Shown one piece after another: positions 10,301-18,650 of a stretch of DNA of 52,106 nucleotides. This stretch comes from Gemmatimonadota bacterium (GTDB taxonomy: Bacteria > Gemmatimonadota > Gemmatimonadetes > Gemmatimonadales > GWC2-71-9). The notes beneath the pieces are model-generated. The model was not told where the DNA came from, searched no databases, and worked only from the letters and a program-made list of their open reading frames with translations. The stretch is from NCBI GenBank assembly GCA_039586365.1, contig JBDHKN010000020.1:1-52106 (forward strand). The letters are read 5' to 3'. The position numbers and the translations under genes were made by a program. The number at the start of each line of letters is the position of its first letter. Within the stretch, counting starts at the first letter, position 1.

Positions 10301-10454
10301 CCGTGACCCGACCTCCGGCCACTGCAGGGCCCAGCGAGCGCCACTGAAAACCCGCAAGGATGGACGGGTCTTGCCCATGGATGTGCTGAATCGCTCCCGC
10401 CATAAGCAGGGCAAGGCAGACTCCAAGTGAGTGAACGACGCTCGGACGGGACAT
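7308..10454 (-). CDS. Secreted Asp-box (BNR)/VPS10-like beta-propeller glycosyl hydrolase-like protein
   Basis: Signal peptide, WRSLGPAVAGGRV, repeated SxDGGxTW boxes, HVDHHDLWIDP, GGLQDNN, THGRGIWILDD. Confidence 0.88.
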   Translation of the reverse strand: MSRPSVVHSLGVCLALLMAGAIQHIHGQDPSILAGFQWRSLGPAVAGGRVTDIEVVPGTPSQLYVGSASGGVFLSRNHGITWEPILDAAENISVGDIALAPSDPLEVWVGTGEANNRNSSPWGAGVYRSSDGGKTWRFMGLEETRHIGRIVVHPTDPMTVWVAALGHLWGPNAERGIYKTSDGGETWRKVLFIDENTGFVDLARHPADPDVLYAAAYQRRRRAWGFVGGGPGSGIYRSMDGGVTWHQVSQGLPEGDKGRIGLTVWARNPNLVVAIVQAREGGIYQSDDQGESWEKVNSLNPRAMYYSQIRIDPNDDQRIYVLGTQLHRSTDGGKTFTEMPMELEYNTGVHVDHHDLWIDPRDSRHMVLGNDGGLYYTFDGGENWLFTANLPIQQFYDISLDTEDPYRIYGGLQDNNSYRGPSATRRYHGILNRDWIVVDYGDGMTNQADPTDSRIAYVSSQGGAIIRLDTRTLDRKDIQPFTADTVNQYRFYWTAPMLLSPHSAATVYLGGNRLFTSRDRGVSWEMTEDLSRGVSQDSLEIMGILTDSTTLARNDGAATYGVITTVAESPARSGILWVGTDDGNVQVSKDGGETWTEVSGRIPDLPHPMFVSRVAASHHVAGRAYVSFDGHWDDDYGPYLYVTEDFGQVWRSLARNLESATVNVITEHPDNQDLLFVGAEDGIFASLDRGSTWLPFNNNMPRVPVDDIEIHARENDLVAGTHGRGIWILDDVRALAGLTSNVRQSVAHIFTPRNATLFQYNTDVPSQGQGIFIAPNPPFGAMLDFWLSQELDDARLNIRDSGGKTVRTMPAPGKAGFNRVTWDLRYQPLPHDTTRFQVPSLDVGPRGPMVMPGQYSVELLAAGQVLSSTELQVRWDPLKPMLESEIRARHDFTMALYELQQIGYHASVQADEVADVAREAMDTLKSVEDVPAGTPRDSLPEELAIADSLRSAIADVASELRRRNNDLRGWWRGLIGKFAGGPSVIGSMTGPTRSQEERLEWTRVRLREAVQRLDEAIRETVPALNRILAEKGTSTVEVPQRGSGVAAH

Positions 10455-10527
10455 GACGGACCTCCAATGCCTTGAAGCGGTCAGACTTCTCGGATATGAG
10501 GTCGTAAGATATGGAAGGGCTATGCTG

Positions 10528-10563
10528 ACAGCTATCAGCTACCATCGGATAGCTGATAGCTGT
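10528..10563. repeat. Perfect 14-bp inverted repeat (possible terminator or REP-like element)
   Basis: ACAGCTATCAGCTA-N8-TAGCTGATAGCTGT just after the stop of 10573-12063. Confidence 0.7.
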
Positions 10564-10572
10564 TCGTTGATC

Positions 10573-12063
10573 TCACCTTATCGGCACCGATATCGATATC
10601 TGGTGTGTCAGCACCGTCACGTCTTGCAGCGTGAGAGGGCCACTGGGAGCCAGCAGAACGTCGTTGGCCAACGCGAAGTCCTCAGCACGCGCTGCCGCCA
10701 CGCCATCCCAGGCCACACCGGGACGGCCCGTGCCGGTTGTAGCACGACCTACGTAGCGCAGTTCGAGATCGCCCAGTTGTACTCGCGCTCCCCAACTGGG
10801 GACCCATTCCATCCAATCCTCGTCCTGGCGCCGAAAGTCCTCCTCCACGTGGTCCCATTGGTCCAAATGGTAGTCGTACACCCGAATCCCCAGCCCAAAC
10901 TGGAGTTCTGCCGGGCCGACAGCGCGAGATACGCCCATGTTCACGAAAGCATTGGAGAAACTAAAAGCGTTCTCCACGGTCTTCTCGCCCACCTGCAGGG
11001 TGTCACCGCTCACCGTTGCCACTGGCTCCGCTGCCTCGGCCCACGTATCGCTGCTGCCGGGTTCGTACACGATATCGAGCCCGAAGGTTGTGGGGCCGGC
11101 CTGTTTGGCAATCCCGACACCGATGTCGAACGCCGTGCTGTTGCCGGGATCCCGTGGGATATTCATGATCTCGTAGTTGGGGATCTTGGGATGCGATTTC
11201 CAGTTGGCTGTGAGAGTACCACCTACTTGCCACCCGCTCGTCCCGACGGGCTGGACATACCCCAGGTGGAGGCCCCAGGTGTCCGTTTTGTCGAGATTGC
11301 TCTCCGTCCTGACTTCCTGGTCCCACTGCCAGTTCGTCGAGTCTACCAGCACCCAGTCCACGTACGTAACGTCGTGGTGCATATCGAACCGGTGGTATAG
11401 GGCGATGCCCTCGAGAGTGCGACCACCCTCGAACGTCTTAACGGCACCGATGCGCAGGTCTTCCATATCCCCCGACTGTTCGATGCCCGATGCCATGGAG
11501 TAGAGATGCTCCACGCCGTCCACGCCGTTCAGATCAGCCAGGAAAAGGCTGCCACCGACGGCAAACTCACCGGGAAGCACTGTGCCGAGCGTCAGGAAAC
11601 TGTACTTGTTGGTGGCGGACCGCGCACGCAGTGCATTGGAGGGAAGGATGTCGAGTTCACCAAACCAGACTGGGCCAAACTCCTCACCGCGTTTGAGCTG
11701 CTGCAGGGCCACCATGCCACCGCCGAACACTTTGGGGGAGCCGAAGAGCGCACCCGCCGACAGCGAACCCGCGCTGCCAGCGCGATTGCTCACGCTGTAG
11801 TACATGGGAGCAGCGAACACATGAGAATCGGCGATCCTTGCTCCCTTTGCCGGGTTCACGAAGGGATCCAGAACCGAGTCGTCCACCGCGATGCTGATGG
11901 CACCCATGCCAAGATTGCGTGACGGGAACAGCATGAACTGATCGCCCGCTGCGACCGGGACGGTCTTGAGCGAGATGAGCTGCGCCAGTGCGGGCGTGGG
12001 AAACGCGGTGATCGTCGCCACGAGACCAATGCACAGTCTTGCACGTGACAGAGTATGCTTCAT
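10573..12063 (-). CDS. Putative outer-membrane beta-barrel protein
   Basis: AGGAGG RBS, signal peptide ending PALA-Q, alternating amphipathic strands, C-terminal HQISISVPIR. Confidence 0.65.
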   Translation of the reverse strand: MKHTLSRARLCIGLVATITAFPTPALAQLISLKTVPVAAGDQFMLFPSRNLGMGAISIAVDDSVLDPFVNPAKGARIADSHVFAAPMYYSVSNRAGSAGSLSAGALFGSPKVFGGGMVALQQLKRGEEFGPVWFGELDILPSNALRARSATNKYSFLTLGTVLPGEFAVGGSLFLADLNGVDGVEHLYSMASGIEQSGDMEDLRIGAVKTFEGGRTLEGIALYHRFDMHHDVTYVDWVLVDSTNWQWDQEVRTESNLDKTDTWGLHLGYVQPVGTSGWQVGGTLTANWKSHPKIPNYEIMNIPRDPGNSTAFDIGVGIAKQAGPTTFGLDIVYEPGSSDTWAEAAEPVATVSGDTLQVGEKTVENAFSFSNAFVNMGVSRAVGPAELQFGLGIRVYDYHLDQWDHVEEDFRRQDEDWMEWVPSWGARVQLGDLELRYVGRATTGTGRPGVAWDGVAAARAEDFALANDVLLAPSGPLTLQDVTVLTHQISISVPIR

Positions 12064-12097
12064 GTTCTCCTCCTGAGTTGACCTTCTATGGGATTGC

Positions 12098-12988
12098 TCA
12101 ACCGCCGCGCAGCGGGAGAACTACCGTATGAGTCGTTTCCTGCCCCACAGCTATCGCGACACCCGGTGTGGTTGTGGCCCCCAGGACCGCCGACCCGGGT
12201 GCTGTCACCTGAACTGTGTACGTTCCTGCCAAGAGGAAGCCCACTGAGTAACGACCGTCTGGGTCAGTGTGTCCGGTTGCGGTGATCGACCAACTGGAGG
12301 GAGGTTCGGTGGAGTTGCCTCGCAGCACGGTTATCACCGCGTTCTCAACGGGCTCCTGGAACTGGTCGCCGTCGATGTCACCAAGGACCATCCCACTGAG
12401 AAATCCCGTTACCGACTTGTCCACGGCTCTCACGAAAGGAACGAACAGGAAATCGAAGAGAGGATTCTCCAAACCGAAGACGAAGCTCTGACCGACATCG
12501 AAGTCTACCACGATCTGGCAACCTGCTTCTGTTACCGCCAGTGGCTCCTCGACTAGCGCGAAGACCGGGGTACTCCCCGTATCAGGCCACCGCACCCTGG
12601 CCTCACCGCCGCCCGCGAATACCACGCGAGAGGAATCTGTATTGATCGTGAGCCGCACAGCTTCGTACTGTCCCACCAGCAGTCTTCCCTCACCCGCCAA
12701 CTCCGTGACTCCCTGCTGCAGTGAGATGAGATCGAACCGGCGCCCGGGGGTGGCAATGTTCAACCACTCTTGCTGTCCCAAGACCGTGTTCACCTCTGTG
12801 GACGCAGCGATCTCCACGACGTACACTTCCACTCGATCGACCATCTCAAACGGCAAGGGTGCGTCGGTTAGGTACACACTCGTGAGCCCGACTGCTGCTG
12901 ACGGCCATAGGCTGTCGTCCTGATAGCACGCAAGTCCTATGGAGACGGCAGTGAACAGGATTACAGCACCCGATGCGGAACGCTTCAT
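12098..12988 (-). CDS. DUF4382-like lipoprotein with C-terminal carboxypeptidase-regulatory-like beta-sandwich
   Basis: Lipobox-like IGLAC; VYLTDAP, FDLISLQQG, IVVDFDVGQSF; C-terminal TDPDGRYSVGFLLAGTYTVQVTAPG. Confidence 0.75.
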   Translation of the reverse strand: MKRSASGAVILFTAVSIGLACYQDDSLWPSAAVGLTSVYLTDAPLPFEMVDRVEVYVVEIAASTEVNTVLGQQEWLNIATPGRRFDLISLQQGVTELAGEGRLLVGQYEAVRLTINTDSSRVVFAGGGEARVRWPDTGSTPVFALVEEPLAVTEAGCQIVVDFDVGQSFVFGLENPLFDFLFVPFVRAVDKSVTGFLSGMVLGDIDGDQFQEPVENAVITVLRGNSTEPPSSWSITATGHTDPDGRYSVGFLLAGTYTVQVTAPGSAVLGATTTPGVAIAVGQETTHTVVLPLRGG

Positions 12989-13025
12989 GTTTTTCCTTGA
13001 GCAGAGGAACCGATGACCGACATCC

Positions 13026-13055
13026 TGGATACCCAACCAGTGCCTACCGAGTCAC
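13026..13055 (-). promoter_or_regulatory. Candidate ECF-sigma promoter, leftward copy
   Basis: Minus strand GTGACTCGG-taggcactggt-TGGGTATCCA; same motif and spacing as 13081-13110. Confidence 0.65.
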
Positions 13056-13080
13056 ACCGATGCGTGGCACCCTGGGTCAC

Positions 13081-13110
13081 GTGACCCGGAGGAAGCTCCA
13101 TGGGTATCTA
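13081..13110 (+). promoter_or_regulatory. Candidate ECF-sigma autoregulatory promoter, rightward copy
   Basis: GTGACCCGG-aggaagctcca-TGGGTATCTA immediately before in-frame GTG 13115; overlaps palindrome GGGTCACGTGACCC (13074-13087). Confidence 0.65.
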
Positions 13111-13660
13111 TGATGTGAAGGGGGAAAGTGACGCAGTGCTGGTTGAGCGGGTGCTGGCGGGCGAAACAGATGCCTATGCTGGGCTTGTCGCCCGCTACCG
13201 AGATCGCCTTGGGCGATACGCCGTGCGGATGCTTGGCAACGTAGCGGATGCCGAGGAGGCTCTGCAGGACGCTTTCGTACGGGGATACCGGTCTCTGGCA
13301 CGATGTACCGATCCGGACCGGTTCGGAGCCTGGTTGTTCGGCATTCTGGTCAACCGTTGCCGGACACTCGGTAAGCAGCGGGCTCGTCGTCACAACTTAG
13401 TGGTGCACAACGAGCCAGCTGTTGCGAAAGCAGCCGTGGCACATTCCGAAGATCGCGACGCGACGCGGGAGGCCATCGAGTGGGCCGTGGCCCAGATCTC
13501 GGCGACGAACCGGGAGGCGTTTCTGTTGAAGTACGTGGAAGAACTGAGTTACGATGAGATGACCGTGATCACAGGTGCGAGCGTATCCGCACTCAAAATG
13601 CGGGTAGCCAGAGCCCGGGAAGATCTACGTCGTCTGTTGGCGGAGGTGGAAAGTGACTGA
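13100..13660 (+). CDS. ECF-type RNA polymerase sigma factor
   Basis: Region 2 DAEEALQDAFVRGY...FGAWLFGILVNRCR; region 4 REAFLLKYVEELSYDEM...ALKMRVARAR; true start may be GTG 13115. Confidence 0.93.
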   Translation: MGIYDVKGESDAVLVERVLAGETDAYAGLVARYRDRLGRYAVRMLGNVADAEEALQDAFVRGYRSLARCTDPDRFGAWLFGILVNRCRTLGKQRARRHNLVVHNEPAVAKAAVAHSEDRDATREAIEWAVAQISATNREAFLLKYVEELSYDEMTVITGASVSALKMRVARAREDLRRLLAEVESD

Positions 13661-14216
13661 GGGAAACGGCAGGCTGGAGCGGGCGATCGATGCCCTCAAG
13701 GAACCGGTGCAACTCGGGCACACATTCGATCAGCGTGTCATGGCCGAAATCGAATCGGGCCCAGAACCGCGTGCCTGGGCATACCGCTTCTGGGCAATTC
13801 TCGACTGGCTGAAACGCGGTCGCCCTGTTAGCGTGAGTCCTCTGGGTGGCCTCGCCCTCACAGCAGGAATCGCTCTCGTCGCTCTGCTAGGGCGATCGAT
13901 GCTCGAATCTGAGGGTCAGAGCACGCCCGTCGCGGCCGCTGCTTATGGTTCCGTAGTGCAGTTCGTAATCGTCGAACCTGCGGCAACTGCGGTTTCGTTG
14001 GTAGGGGACTTCAACGATTGGAGCGCAGCAGCCAATCCAATGCAGCGCATGGCAGGCAACGGTGTCTGGTCAGTGACCGTACCGCTTACACCCGGCCGCT
14101 ACCGCTATGCGTTTCTGGTAAACGGCAGCATATGGCTTAGTGATCCATCTGCACCACCTACGCTGGACGACGAATTCGGACGACCGGGGTCGGTCGTCAC
14201 TATTGGAGAGTTATGA
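13653..14216 (+). CDS. Putative anti-sigma factor: single TM helix plus glycogen-binding (CBM48/AMPK-beta-like) domain
   Basis: Overlaps sigma stop; N-terminal FDQRVMAEI, TM GGLALTAGIALVALLG, then VSLVGDFNDW...GVWSVTVPLTPGRYRYAFLVNG.WLSDP. Confidence 0.8.
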   Translation: MTEGNGRLERAIDALKEPVQLGHTFDQRVMAEIESGPEPRAWAYRFWAILDWLKRGRPVSVSPLGGLALTAGIALVALLGRSMLESEGQSTPVAAAAYGSVVQFVIVEPAATAVSLVGDFNDWSAAANPMQRMAGNGVWSVTVPLTPGRYRYAFLVNGSIWLSDPSAPPTLDDEFGRPGSVVTIGEL

Positions 14217-14872
14217 GACCTGGAGCTAGTCAACTCGTCTCGGCACTCGCCCTTGTCGCTGGCATCAACGCGGCAGCCGGAACGGCCTCTGCTCAGGAGC
14301 CGCGCCTGCGGGATCGGCTACCAGCACCCACCCGCATTGCGATCGACGCCATCCTGGATTCCGCTCACGCAGAGGGACTTCCCACAGAACCGCTAGTAGA
14401 CCGCGCACTCGAAGGTGCGAGCAAGGGTGCCGCTCCAGATCGGATTATGGCAGCTGTGCAGCGGCTTTGGGGAGAACTCCGGACTGCCCGCATTTCTTTG
14501 GGTCTCGGATCCTCGGCACCCGAGATCGTGGCTGGCGCCAGCGCGCTGCGAGCGGGCGCTGATCCTGACGACCTCACGCGTTTGCGAGAGCTTCGTACGC
14601 GACAATCCCTCACTGTGGCCAGTGCCACCCTGGCGGATCTGGTGGCGGTGGGAGTGCCGGTGGACACTGCTGTCGCAGCCGTAATTGCTCTTGCCGAGGG
14701 TGCTGAGGACGCGGATTATCTGGCGTTCAGGAGGAATGTAGAGCGTGACATCGCGCTGGGTGCCTCCCCGGTCAGCGCCCTCGGTGTTCGGTTGGGCGCG
14801 GCAGCTGCAGAAGCGCTCAGCAACATCGATCAAGCCAGCTCGCCGGGCCCTAGGCGCCCGCGGAAACCGTAG
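14213..14872 (+). CDS. Secreted Ala-rich helical hypothetical protein
   Basis: ATGA overlap; signal peptide ending ASA-Q; GLPTEPLVDRALEGASKGA. Confidence 0.75.
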   Translation: MRPGASQLVSALALVAGINAAAGTASAQEPRLRDRLPAPTRIAIDAILDSAHAEGLPTEPLVDRALEGASKGAAPDRIMAAVQRLWGELRTARISLGLGSSAPEIVAGASALRAGADPDDLTRLRELRTRQSLTVASATLADLVAVGVPVDTAVAAVIALAEGAEDADYLAFRRNVERDIALGASPVSALGVRLGAAAAEALSNIDQASSPGPRRPRKP

Positions 14873-14886
14873 TTGTTGCCCAGTCG

Positions 14887-16035
14887 GTGACCCACTGCCG
14901 CTCTAGCGCCGCCGTAGTGGCAACTGTCTGGTACTGCCTGAGTGGTTCCACACTCGGCGCACAAGTGATGGGTTCTGTGGATATCGGTACATCTTGGGTC
15001 GATTACGAGGGCTTTCTGGCTTCCGGAGCAGCCTTCATGACCCCAACCCTCCGCTACGAGGGGCCCGGTGTTTCCCTCGGTGCGAGCGGAAGCTACGTGC
15101 TTTTCGAGAGTGGCAACCGTATCCTACAGGGCCTGACGGCCGGCGGTTGGCGAACCCGCTTGGGCCGCCGAGTGCTCGGCGAACTGTCTGGATCGGCCGG
15201 CCTCAACGTGTACGAGGACTACCCCGGCTACGGACACCTCATGAGCCGAGTCCGGTTTCATTACGTGGGGCTACGTAGCGGAGCCTGGTTTGGCGCCGCT
15301 ACTGGACAGTCCTACACGGGATCGACGTCGGCCACGCCATACGAGGTCGAAGTTGGCGGTTGGACTGTGAGCAGTGGCCTCGCAGTTGGCGGCACCATCA
15401 CGCGTACTTGGATCGCTGACGCAGATTACCTCGACATCTTGGGAACGGCCCGCATCCGTGACAGATTGTTCGAGATCGACGGATCGCTGGGCTTTCGCGC
15501 ATGGGGCGAAGGCGGCGGCGAAGGAGTCTATGGTGAGTTGCATGTCCAGGTCCCATTGGTCAAGCGACTCACCGCAATGGTTGCGGGCGGGCGCTATCCG
15601 TCGGATCCAGTTCGCGGCGTGATAACCGCGAACTACGTGAGCGCAGGTCTCCGGATACACGCGCTCACAGCTTCCACCACACGTACCACCACTCTCCTCG
15701 GTGATTCGTTTGGAGCGTCGGCTCGTTCAGAGCCACCGCGCACCGGCCAGGCACGCCTAACAGTTGGCTCTTCGGCTCACAACTACCACACCATTCGTGT
15801 GGAAGCACCTGGCGCGGAATACGTTGAGCTAAGTGGTGACTTCACAGATTGGCAACCGATTCCACTGATGCGCACGGAGGGGGGACACTGGGAACTAGCG
15901 ATCCATATTGAACCTGGCGTCCACCGCGTCAACGTCCGATTGAATACTACAAGGTGGATCGTACCACAGGGTGTGAGAGCAGAGGAGGATGAGTTTGGCG
16001 GAAGGGTTGGGATTCTGGTGGTACCAGAGCGGTGA
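14887..16035 (+). CDS. Putative outer-membrane beta-barrel protein with C-terminal glycogen-binding (CBM48-like) domain
   Basis: Signal peptide, Gly/aromatic strands, Thr/Ser linker, then APGAEYVELSGDFTDWQP...WELAIHIEPGVHRVNVR...DEFGG. Confidence 0.75.
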   Translation: MTHCRSSAAVVATVWYCLSGSTLGAQVMGSVDIGTSWVDYEGFLASGAAFMTPTLRYEGPGVSLGASGSYVLFESGNRILQGLTAGGWRTRLGRRVLGELSGSAGLNVYEDYPGYGHLMSRVRFHYVGLRSGAWFGAATGQSYTGSTSATPYEVEVGGWTVSSGLAVGGTITRTWIADADYLDILGTARIRDRLFEIDGSLGFRAWGEGGGEGVYGELHVQVPLVKRLTAMVAGGRYPSDPVRGVITANYVSAGLRIHALTASTTRTTTLLGDSFGASARSEPPRTGQARLTVGSSAHNYHTIRVEAPGAEYVELSGDFTDWQPIPLMRTEGGHWELAIHIEPGVHRVNVRLNTTRWIVPQGVRAEEDEFGGRVGILVVPER

Positions 16036-16200
16036 GCAATGACGGCGAGAAACAAACAGTGAAAGCGCCGCACTACCTGCCCCTTCGCAAAACGGCCCCG
16101 GAGCTCACTGATTTCCTTGTTTGGGGGCGGTGCCCGCGGTGGCACCTAGTGCGCCGGAGGCCTGGAACTATCCCACGGTCTGGAATCTGACGGAAACAAC

Positions 16201-16226
16201 GCGCGGGAGCCGATCAGCTCCCGCGC
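16201..16226 (-). terminator. Intrinsic terminator
   Basis: GCGCGGGAGC-cgatca-GCTCCCGCGC 10-bp stem followed on the minus strand by GTTGTTT. Confidence 0.7.
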
Positions 16227-16252
16227 GAAGATTCCGGCTGCAGGGCTATCCG

Positions 16253-16933
16253 CTAGATCCCGAAATGTAGACCGACACTCGCCAGGAACGGTCGCCGTCT
16301 GACGTCGTCGAATGTGGCACCACCTGTCAGTTCAGGTATTGACTGGAAGTCAACTGCCACCTGCGCACCCAAACCCATTAACAACCGGGCATCGATGCCG
16401 GCAGACACGCCAAAGTGATTGCGATTATCGCTGTCATCACCCAGGGACTGCCGGCGGAACGTGTAGCGCGGCGCCACCCAGGGCTGAACCTGTGCTGCGA
16501 TCAGCGGAACATGAAGTCCCAGGGCCACACTCACCGGAATATCGACTGTCTTCAGAGCGTCCGTGAATCCCGTCACTGACGCTTGCGTGAAGCCGATACC
16601 AGCCTGCACGGCTATTGCCACCAATTGGCCACTACTGACCGGTCGGACCGCCACCGAGGCCATATAGGTAGCCTCGTTCGTCTCTGCCAAGTCGACGACG
16701 CCCATGCCCGCCCCGAGAATGACCTTGGACACTCCGATCTGGCCCCTTGCGGCAAAGGTCGAGTTCTTATCTGACTCGTCGTTCACTCCGAATGCGTAGT
16801 CCCCGGCGATCCGAACGCCAGATATGGTCGGGTTTGCGTAGACAGGCACGTTCGCCAGCTGTGCTACCGCCGAGGATGTGGTAACTAGGACCACAGCCAA
16901 CACACTGCAGATGCTTATAAGACACTTGTTCAT
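16253..16933 (-). CDS. Small outer-membrane beta-barrel-like protein
   Basis: AAGGAG before ATG 16933; signal peptide ending AVA-Q; C-terminal ASVGLHFGI. Confidence 0.65.
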   Translation of the reverse strand: MNKCLISICSVLAVVLVTTSSAVAQLANVPVYANPTISGVRIAGDYAFGVNDESDKNSTFAARGQIGVSKVILGAGMGVVDLAETNEATYMASVAVRPVSSGQLVAIAVQAGIGFTQASVTGFTDALKTVDIPVSVALGLHVPLIAAQVQPWVAPRYTFRRQSLGDDSDNRNHFGVSAGIDARLLMGLGAQVAVDFQSIPELTGGATFDDVRRRPFLASVGLHFGI

Positions 16934-17222
16934 GCATGAAACTCCTTTCTCAAAGTCGATGGCCGGGCGTATTCGATCCACACACAGCTCATGGCTGCTG
17001 ACTGTAGTTTTATATGATTCCTGAGGTCCATTCGTTCCGTGAGGAAGATCACTCCACGATCGACTGCCTGGCTCACGTGTTGGGCAGCGGGAGGAAGGGA
17101 GGACCCTTGTGGGACCCAGAGTTATGAGGAATGTTCCCAAGAACACACTCGTGGTTCGAGTGCTTGATCGTGATCCAGGACGGTTTCGCCGGCCCTAACG
17201 GACTGATTCCAGGAGAAGACCT

Positions 17223-18590
17223 GTGGATTTCACCGAACTCTCGTACCCTGACGCACCTCGCATCATGATCACGCCGCCGGGACCGGAATCACGCAAGTAC
17301 CTCGACTATCAGTCAGCCACGGAGAGTTCGGCCGTCTCATACCCCCGAGGGATGCCGATGGCACTGTGTCGGGGAAAGGGGGCGACCGTCGAGGATGTGG
17401 ATGGGAATCGCTATATCGATTTCTTCGGTGGCGCGGGTGTAATCAATGTCGGACACGCCAATCCAATGGTCCTGGAGGCCGCGCGGCGTCAGTTGCAGGA
17501 TGTGACACATACGTTGGACATCCCGAGTCCGGCACGGAAGTCGATGGTGGAAGCACTGGTGGACATCTTGCCCAGCGAGATCAGCAAGATCTTCTTCGGA
17601 GGACCTACCGGATCTGACGCTGTCGAGGCCGCGGTCAAACTCGCCAAGTACAATTCGAGACGCTACCCGATGATTGCCTTCGAGGGCGCTTACCACGGGA
17701 TGACTAGCGGGGCGCTGTCACTGTGCAGCGGTTCTGCGTTCAAGGGAGACTTCCTTCCACTGCTACCCGAGGTCCACTTCGTCCCCTACTCATACTGCTA
17801 CCGTTGTACCTTCAACCGCGACCCGGAAAGCTGCGATCTCGAGTGCGGCAAGTTCCTCGAGCACGTAGTTGAGGATTCTCACTCCGGGGTTGGAGAACCG
17901 GCAGCGATACTAGTAGAAGCTATTCAAGGGGAAGGCGGCTCGATTGTACCCGACGAACGATTCATGCCGACAGTTCGCGCGGTCTGCGACAAATATGGCA
18001 TTCTGCTGATTGCAGACGAAATCCAGGCGGGGTTTTGCCGGACTGGTAGGATGTTCTCCTTTGAACACACTGGAGTGGTTCCGGACATTATGACCATGAG
18101 TAAGGCTCTCGGTGGCGTCGGATTCCCTATCGCAGCAGTAGCGTACCGGGAACGATTGAATACGTGGCCGCCCGGTAAACACATTGGCACGTTTCGGGGA
18201 AACATGATCGCTTATGCCGGTGGCGCGGCCGGAATCAGGTTCATGCTGGAGAACAACCTAGCGGACCATGTGAGGAATCTCGGCCAGCGCATGCTCGATC
18301 TGCTGAAGCTGATAGAGCAAGACTCCGAGATCGTCGGTGAGGTCAGGGGAAAGGGACTCATGCTGGGAGTGGAATTCGTGAAGGACAGAGCCACCAAAGA
18401 ACCCGCACCTGACCTCGCGGCCAAGGTAAGGACGCTGTGCCATCAGAGAGGGGTGCTCATAGAGATCGGTGGTCACTACTTCAACGTAGCGAGATTCCTG
18501 CCTCCGCTCGTAATCACCGAGGAGCTCGCCAGGAAGGGCATAGAGGTGTTTGCCGACTCAGTGCGAGAATTGGAGAACAGCAGAAGATAG
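17223..18590 (+). CDS. Class III PLP aminotransferase, diaminobutyrate--2-oxoglutarate transaminase (Dat/EctB)-like
   Basis: ESSAVSYPR, GPTGSDAVEAAVK, YHGMT, EAIQGEGG, DEIQAGFCRTG, MSKALGG, PGKHIGTFRGN. Confidence 0.85.
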   Translation: MDFTELSYPDAPRIMITPPGPESRKYLDYQSATESSAVSYPRGMPMALCRGKGATVEDVDGNRYIDFFGGAGVINVGHANPMVLEAARRQLQDVTHTLDIPSPARKSMVEALVDILPSEISKIFFGGPTGSDAVEAAVKLAKYNSRRYPMIAFEGAYHGMTSGALSLCSGSAFKGDFLPLLPEVHFVPYSYCYRCTFNRDPESCDLECGKFLEHVVEDSHSGVGEPAAILVEAIQGEGGSIVPDERFMPTVRAVCDKYGILLIADEIQAGFCRTGRMFSFEHTGVVPDIMTMSKALGGVGFPIAAVAYRERLNTWPPGKHIGTFRGNMIAYAGGAAGIRFMLENNLADHVRNLGQRMLDLLKLIEQDSEIVGEVRGKGLMLGVEFVKDRATKEPAPDLAAKVRTLCHQRGVLIEIGGHYFNVARFLPPLVITEELARKGIEVFADSVRELENSRR

Positions 18591-18650
18591 GAAGGGGACC
18601 CTGCCCTTCCCTCACCTTGGGAGGACGTGGCTGGTCCGCCTCCCTCGCGT

